A DNA stretch of 64,000 bases, taken from Proteromonas lacertae (lineage: Eukaryota). The stretch spans positions 1 through 64,000 of the forward strand of contig NGBS01000318.1 in assembly GCA_002245135.1 (NCBI GenBank). The letters are read 5' to 3'. Position 1 is the first letter of the stretch. Every line of letters starts with the position of its first letter. A model generated the notes under the pieces. The model was not told the origin of the DNA, searched no databases, and saw only the letters and a program-made list of their open reading frames with translations. This document shows positions 1-11,593 of this stretch, in pieces. The translations under genes were made by a program, and so were the position numbers.

Positions 1-3000
1 ACTATCTCTAATTTATCCAATGACTTTATCTTATATGATGTTGGAAAATAAACAAATACTCTATATTTTGAAGCATCTAATGCAGAAATGGTAAATGGAT
101 CATTGGAAAAACAATTGGCATAAGAACACTTTCATCAAAACTAATATATTCTTCAGCTAAAGGCTTTAAAACACTATCTAATTTTGTGTTGTCAACTACA
201 ATAATCACTGCTCCAAACAAATAATATACATATGTTAATAAATCTTCAATTTCATATTCTGATTTATCTGCAATATCTATCGATTCAAAATATATTGTTG
301 GCATATGATTCTCTAATATATGATGAAACAAATCATTAAAACTGCTGGATTTAGAATGCTTTGAATCATATATTATATAGTAAAACCATGCAAAATGATC
401 ATTTACAGAAATATAATTGACTATTGAATTAAAATATTGACTTGGAATCAATTCTGTGAAAAATATTTGTTTTACATATTTCTTCATAGTAATAATCTGT
501 ATAGAAGTATATCATTTCTCTATCTTCAGATATTCTTTCAAAAATAATATCTTTACACATATTCTCATTGATTGTGAATAAATACTCAACTCTGTTATCT
601 TTCATATATTCAAAAGCATCATTGCATAAATCCTCTTCATTTCTAACATTATATAAATAATATTTTACTCCTATATCTCTATTGAATTTGTAATAATCAG
701 TCAAATGAATTAAAGAAACAATTCCATTGATTAATAGTTATAGTCTTTATTCTTCACATTAATATCATCAAGACTATATATATATCCAAATACTACAGCA
801 TCAACACTATCATATACATCATCATCAAACTTACAGATTCTACCATCTACAGTTAAATATTGATAAACATTTAAATTCTCAGTAATTGAAAAATCCTCAA
901 TAAAATCAAATCCACTTGAATTATGATATAAGATATAAAACGGTTGAATTAAGTAATTCAATTCATTTATTTGTACATATATATTACTTGGATGTAAAAT
1001 GGAAATATTATAATCATACAAAAGATCTAATTCACTATCCAAATTCGAATATACTCCAATTAAATAATTAGCTGTCATATAAGCATAAACAATTGATGGA
1101 TTTATAACATCAACAGGAATTGTCAGTATACTTTTAATCTCATTTATCAACACACTCTCTTTATCAAAAGGTTGTAATTTGTCATTATATAATGTTGTAT
1201 CATTTGATTATATGGAAAATCATAATTCTTTACGTTAAAACTGAATAAAGTAACAGGATAAGACAAAATATTCCCTGATATTTCAATTAACTTTACTGTA
1301 AATTCATCATTCAAGAAGTTTGCAATACAATTTGGTTCCACTATTAGTCTTCGATTAGCAGTAACAAATTGAGTAATACTCTCTATACTTCCAATATTAA
1401 TATAATAATAAGTAGATATATTCAAGTGTTCAATTTCATTTCTAAAGAATTCAGATGCTAAAACACTTTCACTAGAATTTTTATAAAACAAAATAGTCAA
1501 TCTTGCACATTCATTAGTAATATGTAATAAAATAGGTAAAATATATGAATCTAAATAATTATTCATTGATATCATTCTTTTTGAACAAGTGCCTGGATCA
1601 GTAAATGCTAAGTTGAATAATATTGAATTACTTCTTTCTAAAGCATCTTCAATTATTTCTTTTTCTTCACTTTGCTAATATTCCAATATAAATAGTATTG
1701 AACGGATTATTAAGAATAACATTCTTTAATTTATCCACATTATCGTATGATAATAGAGTTAATAAGAATGAATATTCTATTATATTGTCATTATTAAGTT
1801 CATGAAACAGTGGATATAAACTAGTTGTATAATCTGAATATTCAATATTACTATTCGCTATTAAATACAATGTAATTGGTATTTTAGATTGAAGTAATCT
1901 AATGTCTCTAAAATCACAAACAGCTGATGCAAAAAATAACATATTTGGATCAACAAATTGTTGAGTATGAAACGAATATTTTCCGTCGATATAATTCACC
2001 TCTGTTAATGAATAAGTAAATGAATAATCATTATCCATCGTCAATTCACCACTTGGTAATGGATAAGAGAAATTCAATATAGATTGTCTGTATTTCTCCA
2101 CATTCTGATTAATATCATTCTTCAAACAATCTGATAGATGTAAAAATGTATAAAGTGCATTTGCATCAAACACTTCTGTTGGAGTAATGAAATAATTATT
2201 ACCATAATATGATGTTATTAATCTCATATACTCTGAATGAATATTGCTATTATAATATGAGAATGTTTTTACATTTGATAATTCATTAATTATTTCATTA
2301 TTACCATTAAAGTAATACTCTGGATATAGAAATACATAATCAAAATAAAACTCAGAATTTGATGTTTTCATATATTCATCTATTAGTTTCAAAAATATCA
2401 AACCAACATGGTTTGTATTTAATAGCAATACTCCTCCATCCGGTAAATTGGATATGATTTCATTAAATACAACATCTGGGTTATCATCATTAGATATTTC
2501 TAAAAACAACACTTCCAATTGAACTTTTATCGCATATTTCTCCATCAAATTGAAATACTCATTTTTAGATTGTTCATTATCATCAGTAATAACCATAAAT
2601 TTCTTTTCTTTAGCATTGATTTCATGAAACAAAATTGGTAATAAAGGAATAATGGATTGTACAAATCTGAATATATTCTTATTACATTCTTTTAATACAT
2701 AACTATTACCAGTATACCAAATTTGAATGTTATTACTTTCAGTATAAAGTAATAATTCATCTGTAATAGTTTGATTAATTCCACCAATTATATGATTTAC
2801 ATTATTTGAAACAAAGAAATATATCACATCACTTACTGATTTTTTATCTTTCATATCATAATAGAACGGTTTATAATGCACATGATTTAACAAATCATCC
2901 TGTAACAAATAATTATCCAATATTATAGTTGATGAAATAATTAAAATCTTTGTTTCTATTGGGAAATAAGCTGAATCAAATAAAAAACCAATATTCATTA

Positions 3001-5559
3001 CTTCAGTTTCATAACACTTCATTTCTGTTGAACAATCACATATTAAAGTGTTATCATCGATTTTTGGTATATTATGAATAATTGAAACATGTAAAATTTC
3101 TTTATATGGATAAGGTTTAAAGAATATTGTAGGTAAATGAAGTCTATTGTGTAATGAAAACCTAGATTCAAATGAATCAGATATTGGAATTGATACATCA
3201 TGTAATATTTGACTTAATTCCAACTGTGGATGATATATTTTATTTAGTAATGATTGACCATAAACTAAAATACTTAAATATGAACTAATATAAATATCTG
3301 TATTGGTATAATTGTCTTCATGAACCTCTAACAGTGTTAAACAATAATCATCAAAATAATGAAAATTTTTAGTTATTGAAAACAATGATTTTATATAAAC
3401 ATATTGATTATATTCTGTTGAATTGTAAAAATTCTGATTAAAATAATTCAACAGGATTATATCACAATTTGATGAATTAATACCTTTGTTTTGAAATTCA
3501 TTCAGTATATCAGATACATTTAGTTTATTGAAATAGATATACACAACATCATTATTATCTGGTTTAATATCTTTAATATCATCAACAATCTTGTCTTTAT
3601 TTACATAAATAACACTAAAGTGAATATTCAAATATTTATATATTTCATTCATTCTTATCATCTGTTTATCCAAATAATACTTTTCTTCCTCATCTACTTC
3701 ATCTTTAATGATATAAAAATTCTTTCCTCCTCTATTAATGAAATAATATAAACTATCATATATCTTTATATAAATATGACTGTTCAAATGAAATACTTTT
3801 GTATAACATTCATCTGTATTATAAGGATATATATGAAATAGAAATACACCTTCTACTTCTTCTTTATGTATTTTTTCTATATCAGTAATTACTCTATTAA
3901 TCATTTTCCTTTCTTTTGATGTTTTCCCACCTAAAAATAGTGGATGGTATGTTGTTATCAACTCTTCAATTTTACTCATAAAATTAATTTCATTTGATAT
4001 ATTAATATCCATTGAAAATATCCTGAATTTGTATGGTAAATGATGAATAAACTCTAATCGATCGACTACAGCATCTAAATAACTTTGTAAGCCAAAAACT
4101 TGCGGATTTATTATAATTATATACTTAATTTGATAATGGCCTAAATAATCACTACTATTCCAGTCACAGTATATATAAGTATGATTAGAAAGATAGAAAT
4201 AATCAAATGGTTGTTGATACATATTATAATATTCTATTCTATCCTTTTCATATTTACCATTATCTAATAATTTAACATAATAAAGAGAATCGCTGATAAA
4301 ATGTTGTTTTGAAAATTGAATTGTTGATTCTGATATATGATTAATCATTGAATAAAATGTATCTGAAGTTACTTTAACAGATAATGAAAATAGAATGGAT
4401 AATAATTCACCAGTTATTGAGCTATAATACTCGTAAAATGTCATTTCATATTTATTAAACAACAATTTTGGCTGTTCTACTGTATAAGGTGTTAATTGAG
4501 TTATTGCATAAATATTTTTACTACTAATTCCACTAATACTTTCATAATCATCATTATTACATCCAACATAATAACATCTTTTGAAAGACTGTAACTATTA
4601 ATAAATAACTTGTTCAATTCACTTCCTAATGTTGTTAATACAATATAATCACCTGATACTGATTGTAATTGAGTCAAACAGTTTGTCAAGTTTGATTTAT
4701 CAACAGAACATCCACCAATTAACTCTAAATTTGTATTTTCACTACATCTCTTTATATAATTATAACTCTCAAAACCATATCTTGTAATGGAGTATATCAG
4801 ATATAATTTTGTGTTTGCATGAATTATTTCTAAATAAGTAAACTCAGATGGAAGTGTTAAACCAACGTGTGCTGTATTAATAATGCAATTCTGACCTGAA
4901 TTATAACCAAATGTTATTACGAAAATACTTTTATCTTTTAATACTATTCAAATATATAAATATATATCAACAATTATACAATTCTTAATATAATCGTACA
5001 TATCAGTATACATGAAATAAACAATAATAGAGACATGATTCTTTACTAAATATTCGATCTGATCTTCTAATTGACTAATTGGAGGAAGAATCATCAATAC
5101 TCTTTTATTTGGATTTGATTTCTAAATATATTAGAAAAATATGAAATAAAAATACAATTTGTTGATAATCATTAAACGAAAATAACATTCCACGATATAC
5201 TTCATATACATATCTGTCTTTAAATGTCAAAGAACTAATAAATCCAATTCTCACTACATTATTATCATCATTAACCAACCCTGAATCCTTACAAACAGTA
5301 AAATTTCTATCAGTAAACAATGTATATGGATTACTATCATATGTATTTGAATAAAGATCAATTATGTCATTTACTTCACCATCACTATCTATTTTTCCAA
5401 TATACATTGTCCTTTGTATAACATTTGATTCACTCATTGAATATTGAACATTATTGTAAATAACATTAAAATGACTTCCTTTTAAGCTAATAAATGATTG
5501 TGAATTTAGTATATTACTACCTACAAATGAACTATCTAAATACTTCAACATCACATATC

Positions 5560-5591
<32 letters not shown>

Positions 5592-6392
5592 TATACGATA
5601 TGAAATAAACATCATTATCAATATTAAATGAATCTTTTTGATCTTGTAATGATTGGAAATAACCATTTACTGAATACGTATTCTCATATACTGCTTTATT
5701 TGAAACAGTAGTAAATTCATCAATAACTCCAAATGAGATGATTTTTACTCCATTATTCTTTAAAGCGGTTATTTCTGCCTTACTTAAAAATGATGTTATT
5801 ATTGATGGTTTACTATAAAATAGCAACATTGACACTTCATTTGGATTTGCAATAGTTGGAATTTGGTTTATAATATCAACACTAGATGGATCATCTGTTT
5901 GAATCACTTTCAATTTGGATAAATTAAGAAGATTCATGTAACTAACTAACGATTCTTTGAATTTTTCTGCTTTATTTTCACTTAATATAATATATTCTTT
6001 TCGTCCTTCCTTATATAGTAATTCAATTACTATAAATAATTAATAAAAAACAAAATACGATTAATTACTGACTTTGTGATGCTAGAAGAGTAATATACTA
6101 GATTATCACATATATAATCATATGTGAAAACTGGTTTAAAAATGACAAAACCCTTAGTCTGATCAGATAGCAGTGATCCATCCAAATCAATCACAATTTT
6201 GCTTTGTATATCAGCCTCATTTGATATTATATTTAATGAAATATTTTCTACCTTCAAATACGTCTTTGAGAAAAAATTGGCACAGTCTGACTTAAACTGA
6301 GATGATAAAGGACAATAAATATCTACACTGTAGGAAATTATAAATGGAATAAATAATGTGAAGATTATAATATGCCTAACATCAAAACTCAT
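1..6392 (-). CDS. Large multi-exon secreted or membrane protein with repeated periplasmic-binding-protein type 1 (Venus flytrap, AmiC/UrtA-like) domains; runs off the window's left edge and may be partly degenerate
   Basis: Chain of minus-strand ORFs (6030-6392, 5551-5937, 5105-5554, 1667-4465, 1147-1575 and others). The N-terminus is signal-peptide-like (MSFDVRHIIIFTLFIPFIISYS). Segments such as VRIGFISSLT, IQIWYTGNSYVLKECNKNIFRF and LPSGELTMDNDY resemble PBP1 amide/urea-binding proteins. Exon structure is not resolved. Confidence 0.5.
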
Positions 6393-6503
6393 TTTAAAAT
6401 AATTTAAATATAGTCGTTTCAGTTCGTTACATTCATCTTAACATCGCTATATATGATATTTACAGTTAAATTGATTGTAGTAGAGTTATTACACTGCATA
6501 ATC

Positions 6504-6603
6504 TGAAAATATTATTCACTTAATACTAATATTTTGGCATTACTTTTTTTTCTCAATAACACTTCAATAAAACAAAAATTCTTGTTTATCAACAAAATAA
6601 TTT
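6504..6603 (+). repeat. About 100-bp dispersed direct repeat, copy 1
   Basis: TGAAAATATTATTCACTTAATACTAATATTTTGGCATTACTTTT...CACTTCAATAAAACAAAAATTCTTG...TCAAC recurs with few differences at 34554-34655. Confidence 0.9.
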
Positions 6604-7283
6604 CTAGTAGATAATCTTTCTAATAATAAACAACACAAACCAGCATAGTTAACAGCTAATTATCTTGTTCTATCTGATATTAAATACATCATTTATTTAC
6701 CAATCTACATATTCTTCACCACTAATTACTTATTCTCTAGGTAGGTCACTCTAGTTCTAAACTATATTCATTTACAAACAATAAATAGATTTCTATCGCT
6801 ACCTGTAACTTTTTTAATATACTTCACTTTTAACAGCTATTAGTATCATATTTCCTTCCAAAAATAACATTATTGAAGCTCCTTCTTGAAATTTCATTTA
6901 TACTTATTAAAATTGCATAATATATTTATATGAGAATAATAATTTTACAGAATAGAAACATGGTAAATATATTTTATTGAAGAGAGTCGTTGATGTGAAC
7001 AGCTTAATTTAAATGACTGTTGTTTCAGACTTTGATAAGTGTGAAAAATCAATTGTTTTTATAGCACTTTTTAACTTATACAAATTAATATATAATAATA
7101 TTTTTATTCTTATACATCCAACTAATTATTATCACTTCTTTAAAAATAACAAGCATATATATATATATATATCAAGTGTAAAAAACATACACTTATTCTA
7201 TACAAACCTTTAATCATTTCTTTAAATCTGCACGTATTATTTAAGGCACACATATAATATTTTAGTGACTTTTCATATTCTTT

Positions 7284-8532
7284 CTATATATTAATAGCAT
7301 TGATATTATATACATATACAACTTTTTTCATTCCTTCTTTATAATTATCTTCATAATTAAAATGCTCTTGAATTTTTCTCAAATCATTTATATACTCAAT
7401 ATCTCCAATTGAGTTTAAGAATTTTATGATGCAATTGTCTACATGATGTCTTCTATTATAACATAATTCGATCAATTTATGTAAGTCATCTTTAAACTTA
7501 TTTAACTGAGACTTTAATTCTTTTGCATCTTCTTCATTTAATGGAGGAAATAATATCTATTGTTATTATTATATTATATATACTTCTAATAATTTAGTTT
7601 TCCAATAATCTTGGAATTCTACTGAATTCATTTCACTTATCTCATGTAATCTTCTACAATTAACTTCTCCTTTTCCCACATAAAAACTGATAATTGAAAA
7701 ATTATTTATCCTCTTTATTTCTTCTTCAATTTCTTCCATTTCTATTCTTTTCTTTACATCTCGTTCTAACATTCTTTTTATTAACTCTTCTATTTTATCT
7801 ATTTTTTCACCATACATTCTTTTGAATGATAACTCTTTATTCGATTTGTTGATTAAATCATTTTCTTCATATGCCTTATGCAAAGTGTATATTTCATATA
7901 ATATACATCCAACAGAAAATATATCGCTTGATTCAGAACATTCAACACGATTAGCTCCAAATAACTCTGGAGCCATGTAATTGAGATTTTTGGATAAATT
8001 TGATTCATTATCATTATCATCTTTTATTATTAAATCAATAACACTTAGAAGTAATTCATTATGATCTTCAACCATTATATCTCCAGGATTTAAATTCTTA
8101 TAAAATATTCCTTTATAATGAAGATATTTTAATACACTTATTATATTATTCATATAATTCAGCATTTCCTATAGAAAATAGATAGCTTATTATCATTTAT
8201 ACTTCTATGGAAAAAGCATTTTTCTTATTTTTTATAATATCTAATAAAGTACCTTTTCTACAGTATTCAGTGTAAAGTTTATATGTTTTTGTTGATTCAC
8301 TATACCAGTAATCTTGTAACATCAGAATATGTTGATCTTTCAGTTCATCCAACATCTTAATCTTTTCATCCATTTTTTCCTTTCGTATATTCTTTAATTT
8401 TATTTCTTTTCTAACATACTCCACACCTACATGTTCAACTAAACAAACTGTTCCACTTTTATCATCACAAATCGTTCTGATTATTTTATCTTCAATTCCA
8501 CTAAGACTATAAGGTATAAATAACCCTCTCAT
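7284..8532 (-). CDS. Ser/Thr kinase-like protein (NEK-like, probable pseudokinase), multi-exon
   Basis: YMAPEL and SDIFSVGCILYE are present. The catalytic loop is degenerate (YKNLNPGDI) and there is no DFG. A GT-AG intron at 8169-8202 (34 nt) joins ORFs 8197-8532 and 7569-8165. Confidence 0.75.
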
Positions 8533-8633
8533 ATGTAAAAAGAAAAAAGAAATTTCAAACTAGGAATCAAGCTAGGAATCAAGTTTATTAGAAATTTAAA
8601 ATATTTTAATCTAGTTTACAGATGTAATCCATT

Positions 8634-8639
8634 AAATTA
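8634..8639 (+). repeat. Left target-site duplication AAATTA
   Basis: An identical hexamer lies at 34152-34157, immediately outside the right TIR. Confidence 0.85.
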
Positions 8640-8759
8640 ATAATAATATATAGTAAGGGCTACAGACCATTAGGCTCGAATGCTGTGCCACCAAGCTAGA
8701 CCACGAGTAACGCATCTTTTTTTATAACTTGTTTGATCAAGCCTCAATTCTATTTTGCA
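8640..8759 (+). repeat. Left terminal inverted repeat (120 bp)
   Basis: ATAATAATATATAGTAAGGGCTACAGACC...TCTATTTTGCA is the exact reverse complement of 34032-34151. Confidence 0.97.
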
Positions 8760-8929
8760 AAGGTTTGACTTGAACAGTTGGTTTGTGTATCGAACTTCAA
8801 TTATATTTTGAATTTATTTAATTGGCTTGTCCGAATTAAAATTGAAGAAACGTTTCAGAATATTTGTGTTTCGACATTGTACAAAAATCGAAACGGCATT
8901 TTGGACAAATTTGAATTTTTGAATTTCGC

Positions 8930-8931
<2 letters not shown>
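8745..8931 (+). repeat. Internal imperfect inverted repeat, left arm (partner at 10202-10317)
   Basis: TTGACTTGAACAGTTGGTTTGTG...TTATTTAATTGGCTTGT and AATTTTTGAATTTCGCGC match the reverse complement of 10202-10317. This arm has about 70 extra bp (about 8831-8900). Confidence 0.88.

Positions 8932-8932
<1 letters not shown>

Positions 8933-8973
<41 letters not shown>
8933..8973 (+). repeat. Poly-T tract (41 nt)
   Basis: Direct count. Confidence 0.95.
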
Positions 8974-8974
<1 letters not shown>

Positions 8975-9194
8975 AATAAAAATATATCCGTTTCATTTCA
9001 AGCCACAGAATCAAGCCTATCGAGATCATCGGGATCGAGATCGAGAACGGTCGAGCTTTTTTTCAAACATTCAGTCCTTGCTTAGTTTAAAAGTCACGTT
9101 TTACATCAAACATTTTGATTTGAGTCAAAATTTACATCAATCGTAAAATTTGATTTCAAAAATTTTTAAAATTCAAAATCGTCAAAATCATCAA

Positions 9195-10102
9195 ATGAGT
9201 GCTCCAAAAATGAAAATTATATATGAAAATACAGACACCACTATGCTCCAAAATGCTATTAACAATATTGAAAGGTATAAGAGTGTGGATTATCAATATT
9301 ACAAATTCGATCCCAAAAAGAATTACTTACACCTCGATGAAAATGCTCTAATTGAGAAAATAAAAGATTCAGCAAAGAGTGGAAGTCATTATGAACAATG
9401 TTTAGCAATTACAAATTACATTCAGTGTTGGTACACAACAAACAATGGTAAAACATGGAAAGACTTACATCATGAGTTTATTTGTGAAGATTTGTTGAAT
9501 CACATTTGTAATAGTATAAATTTCAATTTAATTTAATAGGTACTGACATAATTAAATATGGAACAGATGAAGAATTTGGTGAACATGAATTAGGTAATGC
9601 AATAGTTATAAATGTAAATGAAAAAGATGAACCAATTGAAATTGAACAATCTGATTCAGAAATAGAAAGTGTTGTGTTTAAAACTTCATTTAGTAATACT
9701 GAACAAATTGTATTAGGCAAAATGAAAGGAGATAATTTAAATTATATTTCTAAATTTCATAAATTTAGAAATGAGTACAGTTATACTTATATAGATTTAA
9801 TCGAGCCTAAAAGAAAATTAATTAGTGTCCAAAATAGTATATGGAGTGCTCCTGAAAAGTTTGAACAAATAGATCATCGCATTGAAGAAAAAGATATTGT
9901 AGATGTAACTGATAGTGAAACTGATGAAGAAAATAGAGTACGTTCTTATCCAATAATGACAACAACTGGAAAAAGAAGAAGAATTTGTAAAATGAGAAGT
10001 CTAGATGAAATTCAATTGGCTAAGTCGATTGATAAATTGATCAGTATAACGATTAACAATGAATTGCGATTGGCTGATATGGAATTTCAAAATATTCATT
10101 AA
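9195..10102 (+). pseudogene. Viral hypothetical gene (about 300 aa) broken by a 5-bp AATTT duplication near 9525-9534
   Basis: Removing one AATTT from TTCAATTTAATTTAATAGG gives ...NFNLIGTDIIKYG..., continuous with ORF 9674-10102. Confidence 0.75.
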
Positions 10103-10201
10103 TTAATTAATTAAAAAACTATTTTATACACTTACAATTATTAATTACTAATTGGTTTGAATGTTTGTTTGAGTTTTGGGTGAACCATTTTTAAAAATAA
10201 A

Positions 10202-10317
10202 GCGCGAAATTCAAAAATTTAAATTTATCTAACAAGCCAATTAAATAATTTCAAAATAAAATTGAAATTTGATGCACAAACCAACTGTTCAAGTCAAGCC
10301 TTGTCAAAATAGATTTG
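10202..10317 (-). repeat. Internal imperfect inverted repeat, right arm
   Basis: Reverse-complement match to 8745-8830 plus 8901-8931. Confidence 0.88.
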
Positions 10318-10440
10318 AAAATTCAAATTTTTCGAATTTTCTAAAAATTTCTTAATATTCTATTTTTGACATAACGATTGAGAATTAAACTTCAATCGAT
10401 ATTGTTCGAAGTGAAGCGTCACGTATATATTATTTGAGGC

Positions 10441-10522
10441 GATGGCTTGGTCTAACGGTTAGAGGCTTGCCGTTATAGTGAAGAAAACGCGTTCGAGTCT
10501 AAAGACGATTTTTATTTTTTTT
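10441..10522 (+). ncRNA. Candidate Pol III type-2 transcription unit (tRNA-like promoter, not a folding tRNA)
   Basis: A-box-like TGGTCTAACGGT at 10448 and B-box GTTCGAGTC at 10491 (43 nt apart), followed by T-runs at 10509-10522. Confidence 0.4.
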
Positions 10523-10549
10523 AAAGTGTTTTATAATAAATGAAAAAAT

Positions 10550-10596
10550 AGTCGTTTTGCTTTCCCTAAATAAAGAGTCGTTTTGCTTTCCCTAAA
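10550..10596 (-). repeat. Two copies of a 21-bp subterminal motif AGTCGTTTTGCTTTCCCTAAA
   Basis: Copies at 10550 and 10576. The reverse complement (AGGGAAAGCAAAACGA) resembles the array at 33778-33867. Confidence 0.9.
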
Positions 10597-10642
10597 AAAT
10601 AACCGTTAATATAATAATAAAAATTAATTCGTTACAAATTAT

Positions 10643-10879
10643 TTAAACTGTGTGCTTTCTTTTGTTCACAATATCTATATATGTCTTGATATCTTCTAAT
10701 GTTTTATCATGCTGTAAGCCTTTCTCCATCATATCGGTCATATTTGAACGAATATCTGCGATATCTACTTCATTTGGAATACAATTGTGCGCTTTGAAGT
10801 ATTTGTACAGTGCCAGAGCGATCATATAGAGTATAAATACTAATACAGAGAGTAAAATTGTCATAATATCGTTCCCCAT
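10643..10879 (-). CDS. Viral small membrane protein (N-terminal TM helix, 78 aa)
   Basis: Hydrophobic IMTILLSVLVFILYMIALALY followed by a short charged helix. Confidence 0.65.
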   Translation of the reverse strand: MGNDIMTILLSVLVFILYMIALALYKYFKAHNCIPNEVDIADIRSNMTDMMEKGLQHDKTLEDIKTYIDIVNKRKHTV

Positions 10880-10910
10880 ACGAAAAAATTTAAATGAATT
10901 AACAAAATAA

Positions 10911-11534
10911 TTAAAAAATAGTACAATTAGACTTTATAATGCTTTTACTTGTTATTGATTTGGGACTTAAACTAGGAATTGAATTAACTGGAGACAAATC
11001 TTCTAAACCACTTAAACTATTTACATTTGATTTTATGACAGGTTTTATGTAATTTACATCTTCTTTTACCTTAATTTCGTCATCTTTTATGTCAATTATC
11101 TCTTGTGGAGGTAAAAAGTCCTCTTCTTCCTTCTTATGTAAAGCTAAAACCTGTTCTAACAGCATTCTTGTCTTCTTTTGACCTGCTATTCTGTGTTCTT
11201 TGTGTTTACTTAAGGCTTGAGCGAAGCTTGAAGCAGTTAGTTTTGGCGCGTTAAGAGGTACATTTACTTGTTCAATGATTGGTCCATTAAAATGACCTGT
11301 CTTAAACTTTGATTCTATGTAATATTTGTACTCATCTTCGATATATTTTAATATATATCTTATCTCTGAGTATGTAAGTTCTGTTTTTGATCCTGAAATT
11401 AGATGATATAATTTCGATTTTGTGGGAGCTCTGATTTTACCGTCTTTTCTGAAGCATCTGATGAGTACTTGTTTGTCTAATTCTGTTAATTTGAAAGGAA
11501 CTGTTCTATGTTTGTGTTGTTTATTATCTTCCAT
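10911..11534 (-). CDS. Viral hypothetical protein
   Basis: ORF from ATG 11534 (MEDNKQ), divergent from the penton candidate. Confidence 0.65.
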   Translation of the reverse strand: MEDNKQHKHRTVPFKLTELDKQVLIRCFRKDGKIRAPTKSKLYHLISGSKTELTYSEIRYILKYIEDEYKYYIESKFKTGHFNGPIIEQVNVPLNAPKLTASSFAQALSKHKEHRIAGQKKTRMLLEQVLALHKKEEEDFLPPQEIIDIKDDEIKVKEDVNYIKPVIKSNVNSLSGLEDLSPVNSIPSLSPKSITSKSIIKSNCTIF

Positions 11535-11593
11535 AAAATAAAAAAGTGTCAATAATACCAATATTACCAATATTGACATTATTATTTTTCAAA

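Noticed and set aside
8633..8639. 7-bp TSD TAAATTA
   Set aside because: It would make the termini asymmetric. A 6-bp AAATTA with symmetric ends at 8640/34151 fits better and matches Polinton integrases.
8643..8650. ATAATATA as a homolog of the adenovirus core origin
   Set aside because: An all-AT 8-mer is too likely by chance in this genome to count as independent evidence.
8933..8973. Poly-A tail of a retroposed insertion
   Set aside because: No flanking target duplication was seen, and the partner arm has a short T-rich run at the same place, so simple expansion suffices.
8778..9029. Poly-Phe and poly-Lys ORFs
   Set aside because: These are artefacts of the 41-nt poly-T within non-coding repeat DNA.
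10441..10510. Ochre-suppressor tRNA (TTA in a putative anticodon loop)
   Set aside because: The acceptor and T stems do not pair and there is no U33. Only the promoter boxes are tRNA-like.
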